Origin: a virus
Length of the DNA: 64,000 nt
IMG/VR virus record: IMGVR_UViG_3300008259_000147
Coordinates: 14,656-78,655 of that record
Reading direction: 5' to 3' (one strand)
Below are positions 37,328 to 47,475 of the stretch, one piece after another; the first letter of the stretch is position 1, and every line of letters starts with the position of its first letter. The notes beneath the pieces were generated by a model that was not told the DNA's origin, made no database searches, and worked only from the letters and a program-made list of their open reading frames with translations. A program made the position numbers and the translations under genes.

Positions 37328-38001
37328 TACTTAGTGTTGCTTAAGAAGTCTTGATTAATATCTTGAGGAACTTGTAAACTTGTAGTTAAATCTTTCATTA
37401 CACTTTGTTCCATTTCTCCATATAAGTACATAGGTACTGAGAATGGCTCATCTTGTCTATAAATACAATCATGGTCTGTATCACAATTGTATTGACCAAT
37501 ACCAGATCTAAATAATCCTTCCACTCTAATTGCTGGCCAATCTACACTAGGTACATAGATATAGTCATTTACAATGTAGTAGTAAGGAGTCTTGTTATAT
37601 CTAAATGTCTTCTGCTTAATCATAGCTTGATAAGTAGAAGGAAAAGTTAAAGTAAGTGGAGTAGTTCCATCTATACTTGTAATAGATCTAATGATAGGAC
37701 CATAACTACCCTCATACGCAGGGGGAATTTTATCCTTGCTTCTCTTAATAGTACAGCCTGATTCTATGCAAAAACAACCAGTGTCTGCTTTATCTACATC
37801 TATTAAACAGAAATAGTCTAAGGTGTGAAATATATTGTTGTACTTTCTAAGTACACCTTTATCATCCTCTCTTTTAATGAGCCATGATACGTGTTTGAGA
37901 ATTAAAGAAAAGATATATCTATCTGTAACAAAGGCATCTATGTTTACAGATTTAATCTGATTCCTAATTCTACTAATTGCTTCTGATACTGTTGCTACCA
38001 T
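37327..38001 (-). CDS. Tail tubular/ring protein (P22 gp4-like position), 224 aa
   Basis: TDRYI, CTIKRSKDKIP, IRSITSIDG, YYYIVNDYIY, IRVEGLF motifs; synteny after the IHF-like gene. Confidence 0.7.
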   Translation of the reverse strand: MVATVSEAISRIRNQIKSVNIDAFVTDRYIFSLILKHVSWLIKREDDKGVLRKYNNIFHTLDYFCLIDVDKADTGCFCIESGCTIKRSKDKIPPAYEGSYGPIIRSITSIDGTTPLTLTFPSTYQAMIKQKTFRYNKTPYYYIVNDYIYVPSVDWPAIRVEGLFRSGIGQYNCDTDHDCIYRQDEPFSVPMYLYGEMEQSVMKDLTTSLQVPQDINQDFLSNTK

Positions 38002-38543
38002 TATTTACAAGTTTTACCAAAGTAATAATCTGCTTCGTCTTTTCTTCTTTTGACTAATCCAGCAAGTGTTTTGCCATCAGCTTTAATCCACTTATTAAAT
38101 TCATTTCTAATTGTTTCATCTTCAGGATCTGCATTTACTTTTTTAAGTAATGTACTTTTCTTAAGATTACCAATTCCTACATTGTATGTAAAGCTAACTA
38201 ATGCATCAAACTGACAATCATTTAACTCTACTCTAACTACATCTGATACCATACCAGCAAACTGATTTAGTACATCTGAGAATAGTTTTTCAGCTTCTGC
38301 TTTAGTAATAGTCTCTCCAGGTTTAACAGGAGTGCCATCAGCATAGAATGTATTACCATAGCCAATAGTCCATACACCTCCTGCATCAGGATATGCTTTA
38401 GACATATAGCCTTCAAACTTCTTTATCTTTTGAGTCATCTCATCTGATACACTATATACACCAGTAAGCTGCTCAGTTTCTTCTTTAATTTCTGTTACAC
38501 CTTTAATAAGGCCTCTCAAGAAAGTTAATAATGCTTTCATCAT
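38001..38543 (-). CDS. Phage lysozyme (GH24, P21/P22 type)
   Basis: KKFEG...AYPDAGGVWTIGYG (E-x8-D-x5-T triad), QFDALVSFTYNVG, STLLKK, GLVKRRKDE. Confidence 0.92.
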   Translation of the reverse strand: MMKALLTFLRGLIKGVTEIKEETEQLTGVYSVSDEMTQKIKKFEGYMSKAYPDAGGVWTIGYGNTFYADGTPVKPGETITKAEAEKLFSDVLNQFAGMVSDVVRVELNDCQFDALVSFTYNVGIGNLKKSTLLKKVNADPEDETIRNEFNKWIKADGKTLAGLVKRRKDEADYYFGKTCK

Positions 38544-39118
38544 AGTTCTAATGGATTATAATTTTCTAATCTATATTCATCTAATTCTTTTCTTTCATCT
38601 TGATACATAGCACTTCTGTACAAGCTTGCAATCTTTAAAGTATGATCAACTTGAATGTATTTCTTCCAGTTTTCAGGATACTTTCTGCCAACCTCTTTTG
38701 TAAAGTTTCTACAGGCTTTAAATCCCCACAACTCATTAAATTTAAATTTGTATTTAGTTTCATAATTACTGTAAAAGATTTTAGCTAAGTAGTTATCACT
38801 TTCCCAATTTCTATGTTGTATTACTTTTAAATAATGATCTGTTGTTTTAAAGTCTACATTCTTTCTAACTTTTGGTTGACAAGTTCCAAGAAACATATAA
38901 CCTAATTGCTCAGGTAACTCTATACCATCTCTTGTGTCAATTATTTCTTTTGCAATCAATTCATTAGCAGCAATGATAATCTTCTTTATACTCTTTTGGT
39001 CTTTGACTAGGCACTCCTTAGACTTATAGATATCAGATACCCATTCATCTGATAATGTGTTCAATCTAGGTGCTTTATACCTCGGACCCTTTCTGTTTAA
39101 TTTCACTGCACTATTCAT
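38540..39118 (-). CDS. IHF/HU-like DNA-binding protein (crAss-type)
   Basis: Basic 192-aa protein with IAKEII...GIELPEQLGYM, VDFKTT, WGFKACRNF motifs; canonical position before the tail tubular gene. Confidence 0.6.
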   Translation of the reverse strand: MNSAVKLNRKGPRYKAPRLNTLSDEWVSDIYKSKECLVKDQKSIKKIIIAANELIAKEIIDTRDGIELPEQLGYMFLGTCQPKVRKNVDFKTTDHYLKVIQHRNWESDNYLAKIFYSNYETKYKFKFNELWGFKACRNFTKEVGRKYPENWKKYIQVDHTLKIASLYRSAMYQDERKELDEYRLENYNPLEL

Positions 39119-39133
39119 ATATAATTTACAAAA
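39118..39133 (-). promoter_or_regulatory. Putative late promoter (TTTTGTAAATTATAT) abutting the ATG
   Basis: Copy of the shared TT-n3-TAWATT motif. Confidence 0.4.
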
Positions 39134-39160
39134 TTTTTTTGATTTTTAAAAGATAAATTT

Positions 39161-40465
39161 TTAAAGTTTATAATTGTAGTTAAACTCTGCAACTTTGCCA
39201 TTTACAGGATTGTACAACTCAAGTACAGCAGCTCTTTTATTGCCAGTGAACTTATTATGATAATGCCAGTAATCTGTTGCTGAAAGTGAAGGTAACACTT
39301 TTATTGTAAATCCATGTATTTCATTATCAGTTACAAACTCAGTTGTCTTTTTAGTGTGCAAGTGACCTGTAAATAAAGTTCTATAACTAGTTTGGCCCCA
39401 CTCATATGGATGCTCAGTTGCGTATACTAATGGAGTCATCTTTTTAGATATATCACCATGTTCAAAGCAAAACATATTCTCTCCATACACAAGCACCTTT
39501 CTTTCAGCATATTGGCTAGAGAAAGTAAAACCATCTGCATCTCCAAATGACTGAGATAATGCATGTACTAAGTGAAATGAACTAAGTCTATCGTGATTCC
39601 CTGGTATAAACATTACATGCACATTGTTAGCATAGTTTCTAACTAATGACAAAAGTAGATATAATCCTTCAAAGGCTTGAATGTAAGCATCTTGTGCAGA
39701 CATACTTGCTTCTACAGGTGTACCCTTAGTTGTAGTGTTGTTGAATGTATCTACTTGTAGAGTATCTCCTCCTAATACAATCACAACCTTTTCTAGATCA
39801 TAGCTATCACGACATTTATCTAAAAGATTATTCACTGTGTTTATAGCTATGCTAGACATTGACTCATTACCAGGCTTTCCAAAATGAAGATCTTGTAAAC
39901 TAAGAATACCACACACACCTTCTAAAAGATCTGACTTTTTAGTTTTAAAGGTAGTTTCTACTTTAGGAAACTTGTAGTCAGAAAGCATACCATAAAAATT
40001 AAGGAGGTCAGTTTCCTCCTTATGTATCTGTGTCACTAATGCTGAGATTAACCAACCTGTTCCTTTTTGTTTGTTCCAGTATTGAGATAATCTCCACTTA
40101 GTTGTATCTATGTTTAGTATTTCTATAATCTCTTCTGGAGTCTTTGGTTCTTTAGAAGAGTAAGCTTCTAAAGTCATTTTACCAGAATCCATATCACTAT
40201 GAGATTTTATCACCCCTCCTTTTTCTTCAATTGTTTTGTAAATACCAAGCTCTATTTTAGTAGGGCAGACTTCTCCTATAATTGATTTTTCTATTGCATC
40301 TTGTATTGCTTCATCTACTGTTTCTCTATAGTGCAACATCTTTTTATACACTAACCTTTTAAGAGAAACGTATTCATCTAAAGGCATTCCTATTCTATTT
40401 GCAGAATACTCATCTGACTTTTTCCATTTGACAATGGAGCTATATACTTCTTTTATCTTATTCAT
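39161..40465 (-). CDS. Calcineurin-like metallophosphoesterase with N-terminal extension (434 aa)
   Basis: All five motifs present: QDLHFG, GGD..D, PGNHD, EHGD, TGHLH. Confidence 0.85.
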   Translation of the reverse strand: MNKIKEVYSSIVKWKKSDEYSANRIGMPLDEYVSLKRLVYKKMLHYRETVDEAIQDAIEKSIIGEVCPTKIELGIYKTIEEKGGVIKSHSDMDSGKMTLEAYSSKEPKTPEEIIEILNIDTTKWRLSQYWNKQKGTGWLISALVTQIHKEETDLLNFYGMLSDYKFPKVETTFKTKKSDLLEGVCGILSLQDLHFGKPGNESMSSIAINTVNNLLDKCRDSYDLEKVVIVLGGDTLQVDTFNNTTTKGTPVEASMSAQDAYIQAFEGLYLLLSLVRNYANNVHVMFIPGNHDRLSSFHLVHALSQSFGDADGFTFSSQYAERKVLVYGENMFCFEHGDISKKMTPLVYATEHPYEWGQTSYRTLFTGHLHTKKTTEFVTDNEIHGFTIKVLPSLSATDYWHYHNKFTGNKRAAVLELYNPVNGKVAEFNYNYKL

Positions 40466-40479
40466 CTTTTATATTTTAG

Positions 40480-40536
40480 GGTGAACCCCCTTATTGCTAA
40501 GGGGATGTCACCTGCTCAGGGCTACCAACAACCTGA
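40480..40536 (-). other. Structured intergenic RNA element: two adjacent hairpins, one with a GCAA tetraloop
   Basis: Minus strand: TCAGGTTG-TTGG-TAGCCCTGA, then GGTGA..CCCCTTA-GCAA-TAAGGGG..TCACC; no U-tract follows. Confidence 0.55.
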
Positions 40537-40539
40537 ATA

Positions 40540-41517
40540 TTAAATGCATGGAAGACAAGGTTGACCATCTAGTGTGGGTGGACTTGTTGATGTATCATAA
40601 TTATATTGACTAGGATCACAAGGTCCTATGTCTGTAGCATGTGCTCCATTTGTTACTACACCTGATGAATTAAATCTAGGAGGCAACAATACACCACCAC
40701 CTCCACAAAAATAAGTATTGGGCTTACCTATAGAACAAATACTAAATGGAGTTCCTATTCCATTAACTGTTGGAGGATGTGGAATAGCATTACCACAAGA
40801 TAGTTGATTACCATCGCAATCTGTCCATTCTATATACCATTCATCTCCTGTATCAATTCTATACATGCTACATGTAGGTGTAACCACTGATTTAGAAGGA
40901 CAATTTATAGTTGTTTCAGTACCAGTTGAAGTTGTTATAATTACATTTACAGTAATATAATATGTAGTAGCAAATGCAATACCTCCTGGTATATTATTTT
41001 GATCTAAGATATAAATATAAGGAGAAGGTAAATTTGCTATTGCATCTACTTGATCTAAAATATATGTAGCTAGTGGTGGTTGTGTTAAATCATCATATAC
41101 TATTATTTCATATCCAACAACACTTGTTGAAGAAGAGAAAGGATATATTGTAACAGGGATATAATAACCACCGCCATTTAAATTCCATACCCAACTTCTT
41201 ATACTGACATCAGCACATTGAAATGAATAGTAATCTCCATCAATAGGACTAAATGTTTCAGTGACACCATCTTGACATACTTGCCTCATTCTAAATTGAT
41301 AAGTTGTATTACTTAAGAAATCAGGAGGATTACCTATGTTACCTTGAACTCCTGTTAGAGTTCCTGTAAGAGGTGTAATATATCCATTGATATTTCCAAT
41401 GCTATTAGTAGCAGTAACCCAAGGACTAAATGTTCCATCAAAGTTTACTTTTCTATACTCTAAGTATCCACCTAAAGCAGTTGGGTCAAATGTGTAAGTT
41501 AAATCAAATGTTATCAT
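40540..41517 (-). CDS. Cys-rich structural protein with FN3/Ig-like domains (325 aa)
   Basis: YLEYRK...W...LSNTTYQFRMRQVC and FATTYYITV FN3-like strands; Cys-rich C-terminus. Confidence 0.55.
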   Translation of the reverse strand: MITFDLTYTFDPTALGGYLEYRKVNFDGTFSPWVTATNSIGNINGYITPLTGTLTGVQGNIGNPPDFLSNTTYQFRMRQVCQDGVTETFSPIDGDYYSFQCADVSIRSWVWNLNGGGYYIPVTIYPFSSSTSVVGYEIIVYDDLTQPPLATYILDQVDAIANLPSPYIYILDQNNIPGGIAFATTYYITVNVIITTSTGTETTINCPSKSVVTPTCSMYRIDTGDEWYIEWTDCDGNQLSCGNAIPHPPTVNGIGTPFSICSIGKPNTYFCGGGGVLLPPRFNSSGVVTNGAHATDIGPCDPSQYNYDTSTSPPTLDGQPCLPCI

Positions 41518-44500
41518 TAGAAGTTTATAGTTACTGAGTTAATAAATGGACAACTAGGGTTTTGTGGATTATCAAATGTAAACAGAAGTACATCTCCATT
41601 ACTTAAGTTAACACTATCTGCTTTAATTACAAATGCTAACATTGAGTTTAGTGTATTGTAAGTAGGGAATGTTGCTAAGTTAGTATAACTTGGAACATCA
41701 TAGATAGTACTTGTTGTAGTGTTCTCAACAGACAATAAAGTGTTAGATGTACTAAACATTGTAAACTCTATAATCTCATTTGCATTTACTGTAATGTTAG
41801 ATCCACCAGGAATACTTGCCCAAGTAGTATCAGTGTTTACTTTCCATTGACCAAATGTATCAGAAAGATTACTAAATGAGTAAAGATCATATGTATCAGT
41901 TGCACTAGTTAAACCATCACTTGATGTAATGTTTAGATAATCGTGCGTATCATCTTGATAAGTTCTGTTACCAAGATCTAATCTAAACCATAATCTAGTG
42001 GGAGTATCTGTAAGAGCATATGCACTAAAATAAGGAACACCATATGCATTTTCTAATGTAAATACAGTACTTAATTTATTATAAGGATTTGTCATTCTGT
42101 TAAATGAACTACTTCTAACTAAGCTATTAGTTATTGTACTAAATACATAAACAGGTTCTGTAGGGTTATTAGAGTACAAATAAATTTCATCTGTATCTTC
42201 AGAGTATTGGAATCTTCCACCAAAACTATCAGGATTTCCCCAAATATCTAATAAACCATTTATAAATGATAAATCAATTGTTGCTATTGTTGCTAATGTA
42301 GCATCATCTAATACTTTAATTACATAGTTGCCACTAAGAGAAACTGAACCATCGCTAACATATGTACCTGGAGATGCTCCTGTATAAGATATCTCAAATC
42401 CAGTAGGATCTGCTGCTATAATAGGCACTCTAGTTAAATTAAATGTTGAAGGAATTATCCCACTAATGCTAATAACTTTTCCAACTGCAAAACTGTTAGG
42501 TATATCATATCTAATAGTTTGAGCAATAGGATTATATGTAACACCTGTAATTCCAGAAATAGTACAAGATGGATTTTTGCTACCCATTACCCAATAAGTA
42601 TTTTGAGTAGGAACATGAAGTAAAAATGCATTACTTAATTGTCCATGACCTCTGCCTACAGATGGTGTTCCCAAACCACGAAATAATTGATCAGGTGTAG
42701 CAACACATGGTGAACTTGTAATTCCTGTTGTATATACTTTAGGATTTTCTCTCTGTGTAAATAAATCATCTGATTCATACTTTAATACAAATGTAGTTCC
42801 TGCATTATTGTATCCTGTTATACCATTACCTGCACCAGTTCCTGTAAGAATAATACTTCCTTTATTATCTATTGCCATGCTTCCAAAATTACTTGCTGTA
42901 TAAATACTAGCCCATACTGCATCTATTACAGTACCACCACTTGTATATGTAGCAGTTGCATTATAGTCATTAGCAATAGTAAATGTAGTTGGAGTTACTG
43001 AAAGAATAGTTGCATAAGTAGTTGAACTAGTATTGCTATTTGGAAAGTTTAATTCATCTACTGGAGAACTTACAATTCCTGATATTTTAACAACTTCCCC
43101 CACTGCATAATGATGAGGAAATATTCCATTATACCCAGCATTAATAGCATTAGGTCTTACACTATATGTAATTGTATTAAGAACATTATCTATAGATACA
43201 TCATATACAGTTGTTTGTTTTCCACTTAAATATGTACTTACAGCTAGTCCTCCTATATTTGATGCAACATTATATTTACCAGTAATACCATTATCATTTA
43301 CACCATATGAACCAACTAAGTTATTGGGATTAATTACATAAAATTGAGCACTTACATTACTTTGAGTTATAGGAATTGTAATAACTCTTTCATTAAAAGA
43401 ATCATAAGCTATATAAGAAAATTGACTATATGCATCTAAAATTGTTCTTTTAGATTGAACTAATGAACCATTAGATTGAATATTCCATATCCTAATTAAC
43501 TTACTAGCAGGACAATCTCCTGCAGCTCCTGTACCCCATATTTGAGCAACACCAGATTCAGTGTGTGATTCTGACATATAGATTTGATCAGAAACAGCTT
43601 TTTTCCAAAATATTCTACCATTAGAATCTACTTTAATTCCTAATCCACCATAGCAATAATCAGTGTTATAATCATTTATTCCAAAAAATTCACCATGATA
43701 ATTAAGATTATAAGAAGTGGCTGCTCCAGAATAAGAACTAACACCTGTACCTACTAATGCTTGATCTACAGTATTAGTTGCATAATCGTACACAAATAAG
43801 TTTGCTACATCATAAACATATTTAAGTTCTGTACTAAATGTTTGTTGTAAGTAATTCATTACAACAAACTTTCCTCCACCTATATGAGTTGCTCCTTGTA
43901 TTCTTTCTATGCCACCCTGCAATCTAGATAAAGGTGAAGCAGGACCATATTCATATCCATCAAATTTTTCATATACAGAAGGAACAATTTCAACATTCCA
44001 TGCTTCTGTAACAACATTGTATTGATAAAAATTTCTTGTGTACTTTCCAGTAAAGTATAAGAAATCAGAATCCATTGATATCTGACCACAAATGTTTTCA
44101 TCCCATAATCCAGAGCCTGCTATAACACCTACTTGAGCTGTTTGATTAAATACATAAATATTCATATCATCAACATCAGATCTTGCATCTCTAGCAATAC
44201 CATATACTAAATTTGAATTAGGATCTGCCACCATTTGTAATGATCCATCTACCTGAGTAGTAGTACCAGGAAAATCTTTATACAGTTGAATAGTAATTAT
44301 AGGAGAACCTGAACTAGGAATTACTTGAACCACTCCACCATCAAGGGACACAAATACTTTATTATTATTTGTATTATAACAAGTACCACCATCTTTTATT
44401 TCATAAAGTAAGTACTCACTTGTATCATCTAATCCCTGAAGAAAGTTAATTTGTTTGTCTATCCTATTGCTATTTACATATAAACGTCTGCCATAGCTAT

Positions 44501-47156
44501 CAGGAACAACATAAGTTGGATTTAGAACTGGAGTAGCAATAAATCCATTGGATCCTCCATTTCTTCCATTCTCAATTAAATACCTAGCAGTATTTTCCCA
44601 ACTTCTAGAAGTAAAGTTTTCATTATAATCAACTATAAGATAACTACTAAATAGTCCATAACTATCTCCTGATAAAGAAGCAAATGTAGAATATGTAACA
44701 TTTGTTGCTGTTAAAGTACTATCAATTGCTGCTGATATTGCAATAGTATCTCCTGATATTCCTCGTAAATTATAATAAGGATCTCCTGCATCATAATATG
44801 TTTTAAATCCTAATTGTTGTGTATCAAAATTATATACCTTAAAAAATCCTGTATCATATGAATTGCCTACAGGCCAATTTTTTGTACTATCTTGAAATAA
44901 CTCTGATCTAACACCATCATTGCGCCCTACTACCCAATTAGGTACTCCCGTAGGACATGGTGGAGCAACAGGGCCACCAGCAATACAAGCACAAGGCATT
45001 GTAGAACAAAGTATAGGTTGTTCAGGAGGTGCACTTGTAATAGTACCCATTGCTGCAGTTGGTCCAGTTGTTATATTATTCCAAGCTGTAATATTACCTC
45101 TTTTTAAATAATTAGTTTGAGCATAAGTACCTACATGACCCACACTCCAAGTCCCCACTAATGGATTTAATACAATACGAAAGTTGTTAGATGAACCATC
45201 AGTAAATACATACAAGTAATTATCTGTAGTATTATACTCCATTAATCTTATAGGAGTTGTAGGACCATTAAATAGAAGAGAAAGATCTTGACTATCTACA
45301 AAAGTAGTTCCATTATACACTGATACTGTAGTGTTATCTGCAACATAAATATATCCTGTATTAGAATTAGTTGCAATGTTTAAAGAGTAGTCTCCACCAC
45401 TAACAATATGATCTAAAGAATATACAGTAGTAGGTGGTGCTTGTTCAACTAATGCCATTGTCCAAATAGGTATATCAATATCGTGACCATAACTAGTTGG
45501 AGGATCTACAAGATTAACATCTGATGCTATAATTTCTGCAGTAGTTGATGTATAATATGATGCATATAAAAAGTCATTATAACTTACAGAAGAAGAAGTT
45601 GCATATGCAAGTGAACCAGCTTGTGAAATTTGAGGAATATCAGGACCTCCTTTTGTAAGGATATTAGGTCCTTCAAATATTACAGATGCACTTGTATAAG
45701 TAGAATCAGGCACATCTATTTTAAGATATGGTAATCCTGCAATTACTACTGCAGATGCTGTATAAACACCAGCATTGTTAATTGCAGTTGCAATTTGAGT
45801 TAATGCTTGAATTAAAGTAAGGCCTGAATAGTTTTGATTAGTTAGTATAATAACATTTTGTGCAGGTTGCAAGTCTACAGTAATAGTCATATTATCAGTA
45901 AGTTCTGCATACCCTGATGCAGTGCCACCTGTTTGATAAGTACCTGCAGGAGTAAAAGATCCAACTGTGAATGAATTGGGAGTTGCTGCAGTAATTGTTT
46001 TAGAAGTTGTTGCAAAAGCAAAAGTATCTGGATTTATACTATTTACAAATACTTCTTGTCCTACAGTAAACGCATTAATACCACCTGTGTAGGTATAAGT
46101 AGTGCTACCACCTGATACTACAGCATTTGTAATAGTATATCCTAATGCAGTACCACCACCTGGCGCAGTTGTTTGAATCTTAATAGGAGCATAGATATTA
46201 TAACTTCCATTACTTGAGGTAATGGGATTACCTGCATTATCTAATAATGGTAGAGCAGGTGATACTCCATCAGATGTACTAAATGAAAAAGTATAATCAT
46301 TAACATTTGTTGTACCTGTACCATCACCTATTGTGAAATTTACTAATCCTGTCAAAGGATCAAAGCAAATAGCACTACTTAATAAAGTAATATCAGGATC
46401 AGGACTATTAGTAAAAGTATATACTGGGGCTGATGGGGCTAAAGTACAAGTAGTATCAACAGTACTAAAGTTAATAGTTACACCTAATGCAACTGTATCA
46501 ATTATAGTTGTAAGCTGAAACTTGTATGTATTTCCTTGTCTAAATAAAAGAGGATCTGTTGTAGTACCATCACATAAGAAAGGATTAAATCCCACCATAG
46601 TGTCTAATCCATAGTATCCCACACCTGATGCACCTGTATTTGGTACAGTATAATCTAGAATTTGCTTAACACAACTTACAATATTTGGTGTAGTACAGCC
46701 ATCTGCTATTTGATAAGATGTTCTACCAATAGGTATGGCAGTAGGGCCAGCACCACAATCATCTAAAAATCTATCATCAAATGTAGTATCATATACAAGT
46801 ATTTCTGTATTTGTTACATGAGTGGCATCAGGATAGTTTACAGAATAAAACATAGTTTGTTCTGAGTTTACAACTGGCCCTTGCCAAAATGATATTATAG
46901 GACACACTATATTTATATAGGTAGCTTCATCTACATAAGATCCCCCACCTACGCAAGACTTAGTAACAGCTACTCTATAGATTGTATTAGGATTTAATCC
47001 TGTAATTGTATAAGTAGTTGTTGTAGAAGGAAGAGGAGTTGTATTAGCAAGTACCCAATTATTTAATCCACTGGCATCCCATACTTTGTATAGTACATCA
47101 TACTCATCAGTTGGTAATTGATTTATAGGGAGGGCCCAAGTTAGTGTAATATCCAT
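41517..47156 (-). CDS. Large fibre/receptor-binding protein (1879 aa): N-terminal FN3, beta-propeller-like repeats, three inserted FCCH-like beta domains
   Basis: YDVLYK...YTITGLNPNTIYRVAV (FN3); blade-like motifs (NTGYIYVAD, TDNYLYV, NNNKVFV, NSNLVYG, DTDEIYL); three AVG..V.ISGI...TFTI...TY.SGG units. Confidence 0.6.
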   Translation of the reverse strand: MDITLTWALPINQLPTDEYDVLYKVWDASGLNNWVLANTTPLPSTTTTYTITGLNPNTIYRVAVTKSCVGGGSYVDEATYINIVCPIISFWQGPVVNSEQTMFYSVNYPDATHVTNTEILVYDTTFDDRFLDDCGAGPTAIPIGRTSYQIADGCTTPNIVSCVKQILDYTVPNTGASGVGYYGLDTMVGFNPFLCDGTTTDPLLFRQGNTYKFQLTTIIDTVALGVTINFSTVDTTCTLAPSAPVYTFTNSPDPDITLLSSAICFDPLTGLVNFTIGDGTGTTNVNDYTFSFSTSDGVSPALPLLDNAGNPITSSNGSYNIYAPIKIQTTAPGGGTALGYTITNAVVSGGSTTYTYTGGINAFTVGQEVFVNSINPDTFAFATTSKTITAATPNSFTVGSFTPAGTYQTGGTASGYAELTDNMTITVDLQPAQNVIILTNQNYSGLTLIQALTQIATAINNAGVYTASAVVIAGLPYLKIDVPDSTYTSASVIFEGPNILTKGGPDIPQISQAGSLAYATSSSVSYNDFLYASYYTSTTAEIIASDVNLVDPPTSYGHDIDIPIWTMALVEQAPPTTVYSLDHIVSGGDYSLNIATNSNTGYIYVADNTTVSVYNGTTFVDSQDLSLLFNGPTTPIRLMEYNTTDNYLYVFTDGSSNNFRIVLNPLVGTWSVGHVGTYAQTNYLKRGNITAWNNITTGPTAAMGTITSAPPEQPILCSTMPCACIAGGPVAPPCPTGVPNWVVGRNDGVRSELFQDSTKNWPVGNSYDTGFFKVYNFDTQQLGFKTYYDAGDPYYNLRGISGDTIAISAAIDSTLTATNVTYSTFASLSGDSYGLFSSYLIVDYNENFTSRSWENTARYLIENGRNGGSNGFIATPVLNPTYVVPDSYGRRLYVNSNRIDKQINFLQGLDDTSEYLLYEIKDGGTCYNTNNNKVFVSLDGGVVQVIPSSGSPIITIQLYKDFPGTTTQVDGSLQMVADPNSNLVYGIARDARSDVDDMNIYVFNQTAQVGVIAGSGLWDENICGQISMDSDFLYFTGKYTRNFYQYNVVTEAWNVEIVPSVYEKFDGYEYGPASPLSRLQGGIERIQGATHIGGGKFVVMNYLQQTFSTELKYVYDVANLFVYDYATNTVDQALVGTGVSSYSGAATSYNLNYHGEFFGINDYNTDYCYGGLGIKVDSNGRIFWKKAVSDQIYMSESHTESGVAQIWGTGAAGDCPASKLIRIWNIQSNGSLVQSKRTILDAYSQFSYIAYDSFNERVITIPITQSNVSAQFYVINPNNLVGSYGVNDNGITGKYNVASNIGGLAVSTYLSGKQTTVYDVSIDNVLNTITYSVRPNAINAGYNGIFPHHYAVGEVVKISGIVSSPVDELNFPNSNTSSTTYATILSVTPTTFTIANDYNATATYTSGGTVIDAVWASIYTASNFGSMAIDNKGSIILTGTGAGNGITGYNNAGTTFVLKYESDDLFTQRENPKVYTTGITSSPCVATPDQLFRGLGTPSVGRGHGQLSNAFLLHVPTQNTYWVMGSKNPSCTISGITGVTYNPIAQTIRYDIPNSFAVGKVISISGIIPSTFNLTRVPIIAADPTGFEISYTGASPGTYVSDGSVSLSGNYVIKVLDDATLATIATIDLSFINGLLDIWGNPDSFGGRFQYSEDTDEIYLYSNNPTEPVYVFSTITNSLVRSSSFNRMTNPYNKLSTVFTLENAYGVPYFSAYALTDTPTRLWFRLDLGNRTYQDDTHDYLNITSSDGLTSATDTYDLYSFSNLSDTFGQWKVNTDTTWASIPGGSNITVNANEIIEFTMFSTSNTLLSVENTTTSTIYDVPSYTNLATFPTYNTLNSMLAFVIKADSVNLSNGDVLLFTFDNPQNPSCPFINSVTINF

Positions 47157-47172
47157 TTTATCTTTTATTTAT

Positions 47173-47475
47173 TTATTCAACTATTTGCCAATAGACTGTA
47201 CCATTGTCATTTATGTTAGTACTGCGTATCTCAAAACTTACATTAGGAATGGTGTTAGGAGAATATACATATAAGTTACCAATTAAAGTGGTAGTATCTT
47301 GATTTCTTGTTATCAATACAGCCTTGCCTGCATTGAAAGTATTTACTGTTACTTTACCTAGTGCAATATCAGCAAAGCCTGATGTCTCATAGTTTACATC
47401 AGGAGTTATCTCAACATTTGTGAGTTCTTGTTCTCCTGTTATAGGATTTAAAGTATATGTTTCTATTCTTGCCAT
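47173..47475 (-). CDS. Small beta-rich structural protein (100 aa)
   Basis: TAATG-coupled to the upstream gene; SFEIRSTNINDNGTVYWQIV C-terminus resembles fibre-tip domains. Confidence 0.5.
   Translation of the reverse strand: MARIETYTLNPITGEQELTNVEITPDVNYETSGFADIALGKVTVNTFNAGKAVLITRNQDTTTLIGNLYVYSPNTIPNVSFEIRSTNINDNGTVYWQIVE

Noticed and set aside
40480-40512. Hairpin as an intrinsic terminator
   Set aside because: No U-tract on either strand; reported instead as a structured element.
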